From the IMG/VR virus record IMGVR_UViG_3300009031_000368, positions 64,001 through 128,000 of that record: a stretch of 64,000 nucleotides of DNA, one strand, 5' to 3'. The notes under the pieces were generated by a model, which was given only the letters and a program-made list of their open reading frames with translations, made no database searches and had not been told where the DNA came from. Source of the stretch: a virus (Duplodnaviria > Caudoviricetes). Both the position numbers and the translations under genes were made by a program. This document shows positions 47,904-57,383 of this stretch, piece after piece. Positions within the stretch are counted from its first letter, which is position 1, and each line of letters starts with the position of its first letter.

Positions 47904-49040
47904 TTACTTTATATTGTTGTTGACATCATTATGACATTTATCAATAGATAGGCCGTTTTCGGCCAGCACTAGCTTTAATTTATCGTCGTCAAGATCTCCT
48001 GGATCTTCAGATGGCTTATTGATTAAGCGAATCGTTTTACCGCCTAGCTGTATAAACCGTATCCCAACATTGAATTCCATTTCCTCGCCAGCCGGATCGC
48101 TATCGCCCCAAACAACCAACTCATCGAACCATGTTCTAAGCTTTGACAGCTGAACATCCCCGACATTTGTTCCCAACGATGCAACCGGATTTATCGCACC
48201 ATTTTGCCAAAGCTTAAGGACATCGAAGCCACCTTCCACCAGAATGCCTCTCCGTATTGAATGATTGATCTTATGCTCACCATAAAGGATGAGATTGCGC
48301 CAACCGCGACTATCGACATTATGGCTATGGAGATACTTCGGCGGGATGGACCATCTGCAATCAATTGCACTACATTTTCCGTTTACGTTTTCATGATGAC
48401 GGGGGCATTGTGGATTTGGATCATAAAGCCGGCCCGTGATACCGACAAGTTCACCTTTGTAATTTCTTGCGGGAAACAACAACCGCTTCATTTTTCGATC
48501 ATGACCAAGTTCCCACTCCCGGCACACATCCAGAGTCAATCCTCGATCTAATGCATAATTGGGTACCGATGATCGATATGGTGCGTAAACCGATTCATCC
48601 AACACGCTGTACGTTATATCGTCCAGGCTAAATAGCGTGGTACGTTTACGTGTACGGCTAGATGTATTCTTTAACTGTTTGAGTGTGCCGCGTCCAGGTT
48701 GATCGAAACCGCTTTGACGAATCAGATTCAATCGATCCAACATGCCGTCAGGCGAATGACTGAATTCCTCATCTCGTAACAACAAGAGCATAAATATGCC
48801 CATCGGTGTCTTTGTCGTAAACTGAAACCTCAACACCGTATCGGTAAATGGTTCCTTCAGCTTACACGCCAGACAACTTGACATTGGAGTGTCGCCGATC
48901 AATACGGCAAACGACGGATGCCGGTCGTAGCCATCTCGATGTTTTGCTTCATTAGGGCAACTTGAAGTTACTTTATTTTGATGTTGTTTTATTTCACGAC
49001 ACCCCATTACCGATAGGGCGTGTGCGATAACGTCAATCAC
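47904..49040 (-). CDS. DNA primase (DnaG-like, Zn-binding domain plus TOPRIM)
   Basis: SCPNEAKH...CLAC, YALDRG, LLFPARN, ILVEGGFDV, ASLGT, WGDSDPAG. Confidence 0.9.
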   Translation of the reverse strand: MIDVIAHALSVMGCREIKQHQNKVTSSCPNEAKHRDGYDRHPSFAVLIGDTPMSSCLACKLKEPFTDTVLRFQFTTKTPMGIFMLLLLRDEEFSHSPDGMLDRLNLIRQSGFDQPGRGTLKQLKNTSSRTRKRTTLFSLDDITYSVLDESVYAPYRSSVPNYALDRGLTLDVCREWELGHDRKMKRLLFPARNYKGELVGITGRLYDPNPQCPRHHENVNGKCSAIDCRWSIPPKYLHSHNVDSRGWRNLILYGEHKINHSIRRGILVEGGFDVLKLWQNGAINPVASLGTNVGDVQLSKLRTWFDELVVWGDSDPAGEEMEFNVGIRFIQLGGKTIRLINKPSEDPGDLDDDKLKLVLAENGLSIDKCHNDVNNNIK

Positions 49041-49172
49041 GCGGTATCCTCCCTTTTCAGGTTATAGCATGAAGTGGATGATATGTAACAACATGCGCAA
49101 GCAATTGCACCATTAACGGTTTGCATATTCGGTAATCCGTGATAATATCACATCATTACATAAAGATAAACA

Positions 49173-50642
49173 ATGAATGGAACAACAATGAAAATCGTTA
49201 TCAATACCCATGCGTTTATACCGAAACAAACCAATGAATGTCCAGATGGCATCAACATACAACAAGCCCATACAGTAAAAAATGCATTAACGGTAATCCC
49301 GCGCGTTATGCAAGACTTTGCCGATGATGCCGACACTCAACCGATTTATTGTTTCAAGGAAACGGCAACCCATATCGGGGTACCGCGTGCATTTTTTGAA
49401 TCAAACAGAAAAAGGGATCATGAAGTAATTGAAGACTACTGCAATGGTGCCCCGACGCCAGAGCTAACGACAAATTGGAAGGCGGAAGGCAAATACGCAG
49501 AACAGAAAATTGCCGTAGACAGTATGGTTGATGTTCTTTTAAAAGGATCACATGGTGCAATTCTTCAAGGGAACTGTGCGTTTGGAAAAACTCAAAGTGG
49601 CATCGAAATAGCGAGAAGGCTTGGTCGCGCAACTATCATTCTTTGCCATAAGGACTTTCTGATAGACCAATGGACTGATCGTATCAAGATGTTGATACCG
49701 GATGCTAGGGTTGGTCTTGTTAAACAAAACACATGTGATTATAGAAACAAGGACTTCACAGTTGCTTCAATTCAGACTTTACTTGAGCGCAAATATGACG
49801 AAGAATTCTATAAAACATTTGGAACAATAATCTGTGATGAGTGTCACCGCAGCGGATCTCGTACATGGTCTGATACATTAAACATGTTCCCAGCTAAATA
49901 CAAGCTAGGATTGTCAGCGACTCCAAGAAGAAAAGATGGTTGTGAAAATATCTTTTTCTGGAGTATCGGACCAATCGGGTATGTCGCAAAAACTAAGCCT
50001 ATTGCCTTCAAAGTCAAGAAAGTCGATACCGGCTGGACATGTAAAGAAACAATCATGAAGCCTCAAGCGCTTTCCATGATGTCAGTTGATCAATACCGTA
50101 ACAGACGAATCGTTGACGAATTGGTAAAAGCGCTAACTGCTGGCCGGAAGGTTCTCGTTATGGGCGAACGGCTCAACATGCTGGAAGGCATCAAGATTGA
50201 CCTGGAAAAGGTTATGCCAGGTATTTCAATCGGTATATATTGTGGTGAATGGTTTGAATCAACGGCCGACAGACCTGAAAAGTATAAGCGTAAGAAATCG
50301 ACTCGAAAAATGCGAAAGGTGACTAAAGCAGAAAAAGAACTTGCAGCCGGCTGTCGCGTCATTCTCGCCACACGTCAAACGGTTGAAGAAGGATTTGATG
50401 TCCAGGATTTAGACACTCTTGCACTTGTTACACCGATATCTGATCCTGAACAAGCTGTTGGCCGAATTAGACGTCATCCACGAGAAGGGCAGACCAAAAA
50501 AGATCCCATCGTGATTGATTTTGTTGACAACGTAGGCTTCGCACAGTCATCATTTAAATGGCGAAAGCAGTTCTATGTTGAAAACGATGCGATGCCGGCA
50601 TCAACCGGTTCACAGATACAGCTCATAAAGAAACAATCATGA
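49173..50642 (+). CDS. Superfamily II DNA helicase (UvsW/A18-like)
   Basis: CAFGKT, ICDECHR, GLSATPRRKDG, EGFDV, QAVGRIRR. Confidence 0.9.
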   Translation: MNGTTMKIVINTHAFIPKQTNECPDGINIQQAHTVKNALTVIPRVMQDFADDADTQPIYCFKETATHIGVPRAFFESNRKRDHEVIEDYCNGAPTPELTTNWKAEGKYAEQKIAVDSMVDVLLKGSHGAILQGNCAFGKTQSGIEIARRLGRATIILCHKDFLIDQWTDRIKMLIPDARVGLVKQNTCDYRNKDFTVASIQTLLERKYDEEFYKTFGTIICDECHRSGSRTWSDTLNMFPAKYKLGLSATPRRKDGCENIFFWSIGPIGYVAKTKPIAFKVKKVDTGWTCKETIMKPQALSMMSVDQYRNRRIVDELVKALTAGRKVLVMGERLNMLEGIKIDLEKVMPGISIGIYCGEWFESTADRPEKYKRKKSTRKMRKVTKAEKELAAGCRVILATRQTVEEGFDVQDLDTLALVTPISDPEQAVGRIRRHPREGQTKKDPIVIDFVDNVGFAQSSFKWRKQFYVENDAMPASTGSQIQLIKKQS

Positions 50643-51046
50643 AACTATATGATATACTTTCCAATACTCAAACGGTAAACCTGAAACGATACATCGACTC
50701 CATCAGCCGATATGTAAACGATCCTATCATGTATCTGAATGATCCAGAACTTTATGAATCAGATATAGTGCAACATCCAATGTTCGATGAATCAATGTTA
50801 GACACATTTGAACAACAGCGCACCATTGATGTTTGGACCATACTGATTGACGAACGAGACTGTTGGGCGCCTGAACACTCAGCGTATATTGAAAAGTGGA
50901 ATTTGATTCCATTTGATTACCAGCATCAATATCTGTGTAGCCATTACTTCAAACGGCCCGGACGTGAATGTAGAACATGTATGTTTCGTGCTACAGGACA
51001 ATCTGTCGCAACAAATGCAAGGTTAACAATATCTGGGAGAAAATGA
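50639..51046 (+). CDS. Hypothetical protein
   Basis: 135 aa; 4-bp overlap with the helicase. Confidence 0.55.
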   Translation: MKLYDILSNTQTVNLKRYIDSISRYVNDPIMYLNDPELYESDIVQHPMFDESMLDTFEQQRTIDVWTILIDERDCWAPEHSAYIEKWNLIPFDYQHQYLCSHYFKRPGRECRTCMFRATGQSVATNARLTISGRK

Positions 51047-51891
51047 TGCCATACTTTAAAGATTTCAAAAAACAAATCACAATAAAAGATGCACTATACA
51101 TGTGTCCTTACTGCGATGGAACAATTTATAAAACATCATCGACGCAATGTTACGTCGGCCATTTTAATGAATGTTGCCATAAACATGAAGTTAACATCAC
51201 ACAAAGAATGCACGATGAGGACTACCGCGATATGGTAGGCGCAACTGTGATGTATGTATTGGACAATGACCATATTTACATGGCAACAATTACACGATTT
51301 ATACCTGAAAGCGTATATGCAGACTTACATGTCACCATTAACGGAAAAGAAATAGAGATATCGGCAGTAAAAGAAGCATGGGGTGACTACAACAAAAAGC
51401 CTCATTGGAGATACTGTATGGGAAGTGATTTTAACAAAGAAACTACTTATCATGCTTATCCCACAACGATGACTTCCGAACAAGTGGCTGGTTCGGTCGA
51501 TGAAGTGCTGGAATGGTGGTTGGCTGAACACCGGTATCAGGTATTATCAGATTATACTGTCACCGTTGAGCCACAATTGTTGAGAGAAAAATTTCAACCT
51601 GGACGTGAGGCGGTTTGCGTAACCGTTAAAACGATGCCATTGCTTCAAAACGAACAATCGAAGTACCATGGACTGATTAAAGACCTGAAGCAATTGATGC
51701 TTCGCGCATACCTGATGACTTACCGGGAAGATTTTACCAATGTTGAATTGTTTGAAAGCGAACTGGCGCGTCAACTAAACGATAACTATTTGGCGATTTG
51801 TCGCGAAGCTGATCCAGAGTATCGGGCCGGTATTGAGGAAGCTTATTGTTGCTATAGTTTTGACCTATACTTTGTAAGGGAGCAGTTATGA
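50977..51891 (+). CDS. Hypothetical protein (likely start at MMPYFK)
   Basis: CPYC Zn motif; part of the plus-strand operon. Confidence 0.55.
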   Translation: MYVSCYRTICRNKCKVNNIWEKMMPYFKDFKKQITIKDALYMCPYCDGTIYKTSSTQCYVGHFNECCHKHEVNITQRMHDEDYRDMVGATVMYVLDNDHIYMATITRFIPESVYADLHVTINGKEIEISAVKEAWGDYNKKPHWRYCMGSDFNKETTYHAYPTTMTSEQVAGSVDEVLEWWLAEHRYQVLSDYTVTVEPQLLREKFQPGREAVCVTVKTMPLLQNEQSKYHGLIKDLKQLMLRAYLMTYREDFTNVELFESELARQLNDNYLAICREADPEYRAGIEEAYCCYSFDLYFVREQL

Positions 51892-52457
51892 CGTGTATTG
51901 TTGGTCTTGTGCAAAACGATGAAGTCTGGATTGGTTCCGATAGCCGTGTTTCATTTGGCGACAGTTATGGATACACGACATCTACCGAAAAGGTATTTAC
52001 TAACCGGTTCCTGTTCGGTTGCTGTGGCGACATTAGAATGATCAATCTCTTGCGATATGAACTTGTTGTTCCAGAACTAGACGAATATGATTTGGACAGA
52101 TCTATCGTAACCAGGCTTATTCCAGCCATACAAAAAACGTATAAGGAAGGTGGATGGCTGATTGAAAATCAAGGGCGACAACAAGGTGGTCAGTTTCTAC
52201 TAGCGGTTGGCAATAATCTCTACACCGTTGACTATAACCATCAGATCATTAAACCTGGATCCGGATTTACTGCAATCGGTTCTGGCGTGGAGGTTGCACT
52301 TGGAAGCCTGTATTCCACGGCAAAAAGGGAACCGCTCAACAGGGTACTGACGGCATTACAGGCTGGTGCAAGCTTTAACCCATACGTAGCCGCGCCGTTT
52401 CATATCTGGCGTTCCGGATCCAGTGGAATAAGTTACTGCGGGATATTTAATCGCTAA
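51888..52457 (+). CDS. HslV/proteasome-beta-like Ntn-hydrolase
   Basis: MTCIVGL...IGSDSRVS (N-terminal Thr), TEKVF, AIGSGVEVALGSL. Confidence 0.85.
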   Translation: MTCIVGLVQNDEVWIGSDSRVSFGDSYGYTTSTEKVFTNRFLFGCCGDIRMINLLRYELVVPELDEYDLDRSIVTRLIPAIQKTYKEGGWLIENQGRQQGGQFLLAVGNNLYTVDYNHQIIKPGSGFTAIGSGVEVALGSLYSTAKREPLNRVLTALQAGASFNPYVAAPFHIWRSGSSGISYCGIFNR

Positions 52458-52813
52458 GGGATGTTATACGTTCGATACACTGGCTTTACGCCAGTTTGCT
52501 TTATCGATTCAACTACGACTGCAATAATGCGTTTAGCATCGTCGGAATAATCTGCATTACATCGGCCTTCACCCGTATACTCAGTCACCTCTCCCGTAAC
52601 TGCATGCATATACGAATATTCTGAGGAATGCCACGATACGGCGAATTTTCTCATTGAAATGCGATCGATCAAGTCTCTGTCATCAATATACTGCTTGCCG
52701 ACGTGAAACAATTGGCCATCGTGATAAAAATGGTAGGAGCCGTCGCCATGCATCGTAATGTCAAACATCATCATCCTCCATGTGGAACAAGATACTTGAC
52801 GGCATGATAACAT
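52454..52813 (-). CDS. Hypothetical protein (likely start at MMMFDIT, near 52774)
   Basis: GGAGG RBS and an upstream promoter. Confidence 0.55.
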   Translation of the reverse strand: MLSCRQVSCSTWRMMMFDITMHGDGSYHFYHDGQLFHVGKQYIDDRDLIDRISMRKFAVSWHSSEYSYMHAVTGEVTEYTGEGRCNADYSDDAKRIIAVVVESIKQTGVKPVYRTYNIP

Positions 52814-52832
52814 ACGCTGCTGACGTTGTCAA
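52804..52832 (-). promoter_or_regulatory. Sigma70-like promoter
   Basis: TTGACA (52832-52827), 17 nt, TATCAT (52809-52804), with TGn extension. Confidence 0.7.
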
Positions 52833-52839
52833 GTAGTTT

Positions 52840-53433
52840 TTAAAAAACCATCCATGCCAGCACGATAACGGCGCAATGGATCCCGATTTCAAACAATCGC
52901 TGGCCGACCATTTCTTCCTGCACCAGCATTAGCCCGCTGACGATTTCCATCAATTCTTTATGGGTAAGTCGCTGATTTTGATCTTCGGCCACAAACACAA
53001 TATCGGACCATCGTTGAAGGATCGGCTCAATGCTGTTGGCGAGATGTTGTACACCAATCTTTTCGGCCAGCCATAACGGAAACCTGGTACAGTCGGCAAC
53101 AAAATGCAAAGTTAGCAGCGTAATTGAAAACATCGCTATCTGTGGCAGTGTAACTGCTACACCGTACAGTCCAAACACCGTTACACAGGCTGTCCAAATG
53201 GTGGAATGGATCAATCCGGCGATAAGCGCGTAACGTTTATTGTTTTTCCATTCGCGCTTTGTGGCATTAAGTTTTGAAGGTTGGATCACATACTCGGCCA
53301 AACAATGACCAATCAGCGCTCCACCTAGATTGATGGGATTAAATACTATCAAGATTTGCCTTCTCTTTTTCTGACCAGAAACGTTCAACGGCTGAACGAT
53401 ACAGATCGCCACCGTGCGTATACCTGTAATCAT
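52840..53433 (-). CDS. DUF3307-like membrane protein
   Basis: GHCLAEYVIQP, LIHSTIW and LHFVAD His motifs in hydrophobic helices. Confidence 0.7.
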   Translation of the reverse strand: MITGIRTVAICIVQPLNVSGQKKRRQILIVFNPINLGGALIGHCLAEYVIQPSKLNATKREWKNNKRYALIAGLIHSTIWTACVTVFGLYGVAVTLPQIAMFSITLLTLHFVADCTRFPLWLAEKIGVQHLANSIEPILQRWSDIVFVAEDQNQRLTHKELMEIVSGLMLVQEEMVGQRLFEIGIHCAVIVLAWMVF

Positions 53434-53590
53434 CTGCGGATGCTGGAACCACTACCGGGTCGCGACTTGGAAATTGAATCGTGTTTTCAACAAAATTGAA
53501 ATATACAACATAATTACGTATACGGTTGCTGACAACAACAGTCTGAAATGCCTTCATGACGATATCTCTCCTATCTGGTTTTATTATCAA
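53339..53590 (-). CDS. Small hypothetical protein
   Basis: 83 aa directly after the amidase. Confidence 0.45.
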   Translation of the reverse strand: MIIKPDRRDIVMKAFQTVVVSNRIRNYVVYFNFVENTIQFPSRDPVVVPASADDYRYTHGGDLYRSAVERFWSEKEKANLDSI

Positions 53591-54452
53591 ATCCTGGAAT
53601 CAACTTGAACAACTGCGCAATTGATTGCGCGTTCCCCTTTAAGTTATCACGAGTCACATTATTGTCAATTACAATTTTAGTTTTTGAGAATCTATACCGT
53701 TCGGCATAAGTATCCCATACTTGTTCAACCGCATTCTGTGTATTCTTGCCCCATACACCATCAATATCGCCTACCTTAAAACCCATCCTGGCGCAATGAG
53801 ATTGGACTGCCTTATTGACAGTTTTGTCATTCCCTACGATTGGTCCAAAAAGTTCAAAATAGTCATATAGTCCTAACCAGATGTCTCTGAACGCCGGTCC
53901 AGGATCAAGTTTCCTGCCTGGGCTGATATGCTCATGACCAATGATTGATTCAATCCCGATACTGTGACGAGACGCTATATCGTAGGCCAACAGGAATGCC
54001 GACGCGGCTTGGACGTATGGGAACTTCGCCCAACTATATGTTGATGTCTCTGGTCGATGATCTAACGGCTTAACTGGTTCAAGGTTTGTCGTTTCTTTCA
54101 TCAGCATGGTGGTACCGGTGCCAGACGTCAATGTGTAATTTCTATATAGACCAGATTCATCAGCCGCGCCATAGCCGAAGTTAACGATCTCTATACCGAT
54201 GGAAAAGCTATTGACATAACTGGTTCCATTCCATGTCGAGTCACCGGCATGCCAGGCTCTATCTGATTCATTTACGGTTTGTATGATGGTGCCATCTGTG
54301 TCGATGATGTAATGCGAAGATGCCTTATTGGCATTTAGTCCATTGATAGCAGATTCCAACGTATTTCCGGCCGTATAATGGAACACGATACAACTGACCG
54401 GTGCCGATCTACCTTTGGAATAGTTCTTTAACTGAACGGTTTGATATTTCAT
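53571..54452 (-). CDS. N-acetylmuramoyl-L-alanine amidase (Amidase_2/AmpD-like endolysin) with a C-terminal PG-binding-like segment
   Basis: IVFHYTAG, ASSHYII, RAWHAG, SIGIEIVN, GHEHISPGRKLDPG, GDIDGVWGKNT. Confidence 0.92.
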   Translation of the reverse strand: MKYQTVQLKNYSKGRSAPVSCIVFHYTAGNTLESAINGLNANKASSHYIIDTDGTIIQTVNESDRAWHAGDSTWNGTSYVNSFSIGIEIVNFGYGAADESGLYRNYTLTSGTGTTMLMKETTNLEPVKPLDHRPETSTYSWAKFPYVQAASAFLLAYDIASRHSIGIESIIGHEHISPGRKLDPGPAFRDIWLGLYDYFELFGPIVGNDKTVNKAVQSHCARMGFKVGDIDGVWGKNTQNAVEQVWDTYAERYRFSKTKIVIDNNVTRDNLKGNAQSIAQLFKLIPGFDNKTR

Positions 54453-54491
54453 AAAATCCTCCTGGCTGAATTCTATGAATTACTCAACCGA

Positions 54492-54758
54492 TTACTCAGC
54501 GGTTATTAGATCTTTAATCTTTTCAAACGTTTTATCGCCGACGACTCTACGGCCCGATTGGCGCTTAACGGATTGAATATCTGATGGTGATTTGAAACGA
54601 CGTGTGGTTCGATACTCGAGTATCAGCGATGCGCCTGATTCACCAATACCGGGAAGATCTACAAACTGTTGATGACTGGCCGTATTGATGTTTACCTTTT
54701 CGCCGGCCCATACAATTGTTGTGAACAGTAACATTAAGACTAGTATGATGTGTCGCAT
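54492..54758 (-). CDS. ComEA-like helix-hairpin-helix DNA-binding protein with a signal peptide
   Basis: MRHIILVLMLLFTTIVWA signal; KVNINTAS, LPGIGES, VGDKTFEKIKDLIT. Confidence 0.85.
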   Translation of the reverse strand: MRHIILVLMLLFTTIVWAGEKVNINTASHQQFVDLPGIGESGASLILEYRTTRRFKSPSDIQSVKRQSGRRVVGDKTFEKIKDLITAE

Positions 54759-54794
54759 ATCAGGTTACCTCCTACTGGTGTAATGTTATGCAGA

Positions 54795-56045
54795 CTAGAG
54801 GCTCCATGGATTAGATTCATCAGCCGATTGACCGCGTGGAGGAATGATGGCTGCGCGCTCACTGTAATCCATTCTGTCAAAATCCCAATTCAATGTTAGG
54901 TCTTGGGCGTGAGCAGCACGCCGAACCATTTTAGGTATTACACGAAGAACCTTATCTGCCTTCATGTCCGGTGTTTGTTCGAGTTCTACAACATTATGCG
55001 CATCCCATCCTGTCTGTTTTGATAGCGCCGCTTTTCTTTCGTCATTGAGTTGGCTCATACATACATGTGGAATCATGGTGTCTTTTGCCTGTTCCTTGGC
55101 CCATTTTGAGAATATCGGCATATTCTCCATTCTGGTAAGACCTGGAATCATTTGAATATCATAACATGAATCAAGTATAACAACCTTTGGTTTTAAATCT
55201 TTTGTCGCTGCTGAAATTCGTTTAGGATTCATGTCATCAACTTCATCCAGTATGTCGAAGCCTCTATAATTTCCAGACTTTAGTTCTATTATCTTTTGAT
55301 TCAACAGATCTTCTGCAAAATAACCTAACTCTCCAGATACGAGATTTCGATACGATATCCCGGCATCTATTGTAAGGAAACGTTCCTGTATTTCAACTCG
55401 TTTCATTTCTGGGCTAACAAACAATACTTCGTTTCCGCACAACCACGCATGTCGGGCCAGAATAATTGCCAAAAAAGTTTTACCCGTCTTCGGGGAGGCA
55501 AGAAAGTATGTCAACGTCCCAGGCAATAATCCCATGCACATCTTATTGAGAGTCGGCCATGGCAATTCAATACCTAACTCGCCGCGCTTTGTGGCTTCAT
55601 AGTTTTCAACTACTTCCTCCATACCTTCAAACATTGACTTGACCTGGTATGCCTTTTCGGTCGAAACCTCCTTCATCTTCATGTGAAGTTCATCAACCAG
55701 ATCTCTAACCTTTTCTGGATTCTTTTCCTGAAGCGCAAGCAGGATCGGCTCCATGGATGATTCTTGCATCTCGTATAGGTGTCGGCGCAACAGGTGAGTA
55801 ACGATGGCCTCAATGGAAGCACCAATTGGATTAAACTCTCGATTAAATTCATGACTGACGACATCTAATCCGGGAAGTTGCCGGTATGTGTCGACGTATT
55901 GTGTGATGTAATTCCATGCCAGCGTGCTGATGCCCTTCAACAGTTTAGAATTCACACCGGTGCGTAATGCGTATCCGTAGCTATCTGGACCACCATCCAG
56001 TATGGAACGGATCAATCCAATATCGTATGATTCAAATTCCATCAC
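54795..56045 (-). CDS. Replicative DnaB-like helicase
   Basis: ASPKTGKT, FVSPEM, VILDSCY, CMSQLN. Confidence 0.88.
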   Translation of the reverse strand: MMEFESYDIGLIRSILDGGPDSYGYALRTGVNSKLLKGISTLAWNYITQYVDTYRQLPGLDVVSHEFNREFNPIGASIEAIVTHLLRRHLYEMQESSMEPILLALQEKNPEKVRDLVDELHMKMKEVSTEKAYQVKSMFEGMEEVVENYEATKRGELGIELPWPTLNKMCMGLLPGTLTYFLASPKTGKTFLAIILARHAWLCGNEVLFVSPEMKRVEIQERFLTIDAGISYRNLVSGELGYFAEDLLNQKIIELKSGNYRGFDILDEVDDMNPKRISAATKDLKPKVVILDSCYDIQMIPGLTRMENMPIFSKWAKEQAKDTMIPHVCMSQLNDERKAALSKQTGWDAHNVVELEQTPDMKADKVLRVIPKMVRRAAHAQDLTLNWDFDRMDYSERAAIIPPRGQSADESNPWSL

Positions 56046-56695
56046 GGCTTCCTTTTAAAGATATTGGTGATTTGTCGGGCTGATTCTTCTCTTCTGTCTG
56101 GTCCAACAACTTCAACCCTTACAAAACATTCCTTAGCGGTTGATGTTGAGGAAGTCCCGAAACATGTTTCAAATTCATCCGGCGAAATCTGGCTTGTCAT
56201 CCAGGTGATTTTCATATCGGCAGAGCGCTGTTTGAGGATCATTTTCAGGAATTCCTCACCGGTTCCCTTAGTATCCTTCACTCCCTTGCCGACATCATCA
56301 ATCAATAGGACATCTACCGACATTGCACGTTGCCACATGGTTTCGTATTCATCGAATGACACCTTGTTGATGACGTAATCCTTTATCATCAAGTATTCGA
56401 GATACATTGCCGTGATGCCACGCTGCCTGAGTGATTTCAGAGCCACAATCGCTGCACTCGTTTTACCGTTGCCGTTCTTCCCCCAACAATACATTCCCAC
56501 TCCATTCCTGAACATCACTTCAAGATTTTTGAAGTATGTATCTATCACGTCGCGGAATGAAAGTTCTGTCTGCTCTCCATTTACCTTAACCTTAAACGTG
56601 CAATCAATTGCGCTATACTGTGCTGTTCTGAAACGTTTTGGTATCCTCATTCGTTCAAGATCATCATCGGTCAATTTACGCTTCTCCATCACCAA
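56042..56695 (-). CDS. DnaC/IstB-like AAA+ helicase loader
   Basis: IPKRFRTA, GKNGNGKT, VLLIDDVG, WMTSQ. Confidence 0.85.
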   Translation of the reverse strand: MVMEKRKLTDDDLERMRIPKRFRTAQYSAIDCTFKVKVNGEQTELSFRDVIDTYFKNLEVMFRNGVGMYCWGKNGNGKTSAAIVALKSLRQRGITAMYLEYLMIKDYVINKVSFDEYETMWQRAMSVDVLLIDDVGKGVKDTKGTGEEFLKMILKQRSADMKITWMTSQISPDEFETCFGTSSTSTAKECFVRVEVVGPDRREESARQITNIFKRKP

Positions 56696-57120
56696 CTGTC
56701 TCCAGCTTTGTCGGCATTATATTCCGCGCCGGCGTGTATCTTTTTCTTTTTTACCTGCACCTTATCGAAAATGCGCGCACGAATTGAGTATAATAGATTG
56801 ATACCAGGTAGCCCGTCGAAGCTATATGTCGGCCATTCATCACACAAACAATCTACGGCTTTCTTTACCAGCTCATCACCATATTCGAGGAGTAGCTTCT
56901 TGGCCAAGGTTGATTCCTTTATGCCCCATCCCGATTCAATATAACCGTTGGCCGTCACAAATCCTGATGCGAATAGGCGGCTACGTCCTTCCCTGAACCA
57001 ATCACGCACCGTATGCGCATTGGCGCGGTTGTCGGGAATTCCGTCAATCTTTTTGAGTTTTACCTTTTTCTTTTTAGTTGAGGAGAATAGGCTTATTTGA
57101 ATGTTACCGCCGTCTGCCAT
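56689..57120 (-). CDS. Hypothetical replication-module protein
   Basis: Immediately upstream of the DnaC-like gene, where initiator C-terminal domains often lie. Confidence 0.45.
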   Translation of the reverse strand: MADGGNIQISLFSSTKKKKVKLKKIDGIPDNRANAHTVRDWFREGRSRLFASGFVTANGYIESGWGIKESTLAKKLLLEYGDELVKKAVDCLCDEWPTYSFDGLPGINLLYSIRARIFDKVQVKKKKIHAGAEYNADKAGDSW

Positions 57121-57383
57121 ACCGTTATGCTTTCGATATAATCGTTTGGTTCAATTGAATATGATTCACCATCGGATTCAACATCTGCCATCCAAAACGT
57201 CTTCGTCCAATCGGCGCCATACCGTGACAATTTATCACGAATGAACTGTTTTGCCGCAATTTCATCCGGCAACCCATCAAGGATATCTTCACACCTATAC
57301 GTTGTTGTAACGGTACCTGTCAACGTGTTACCATAAACATTAAAACGGATCAAATCACCACGTCGTATCTTTATCTTACTCAT
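57093..57383 (-). CDS. Hypothetical protein
   Basis: 96 aa; 4-bp overlap with the sigma gene. Confidence 0.55.
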   Translation of the reverse strand: MSKIKIRRGDLIRFNVYGNTLTGTVTTTYRCEDILDGLPDEIAAKQFIRDKLSRYGADWTKTFWMADVESDGESYSIEPNDYIESITVWQTAVTFK

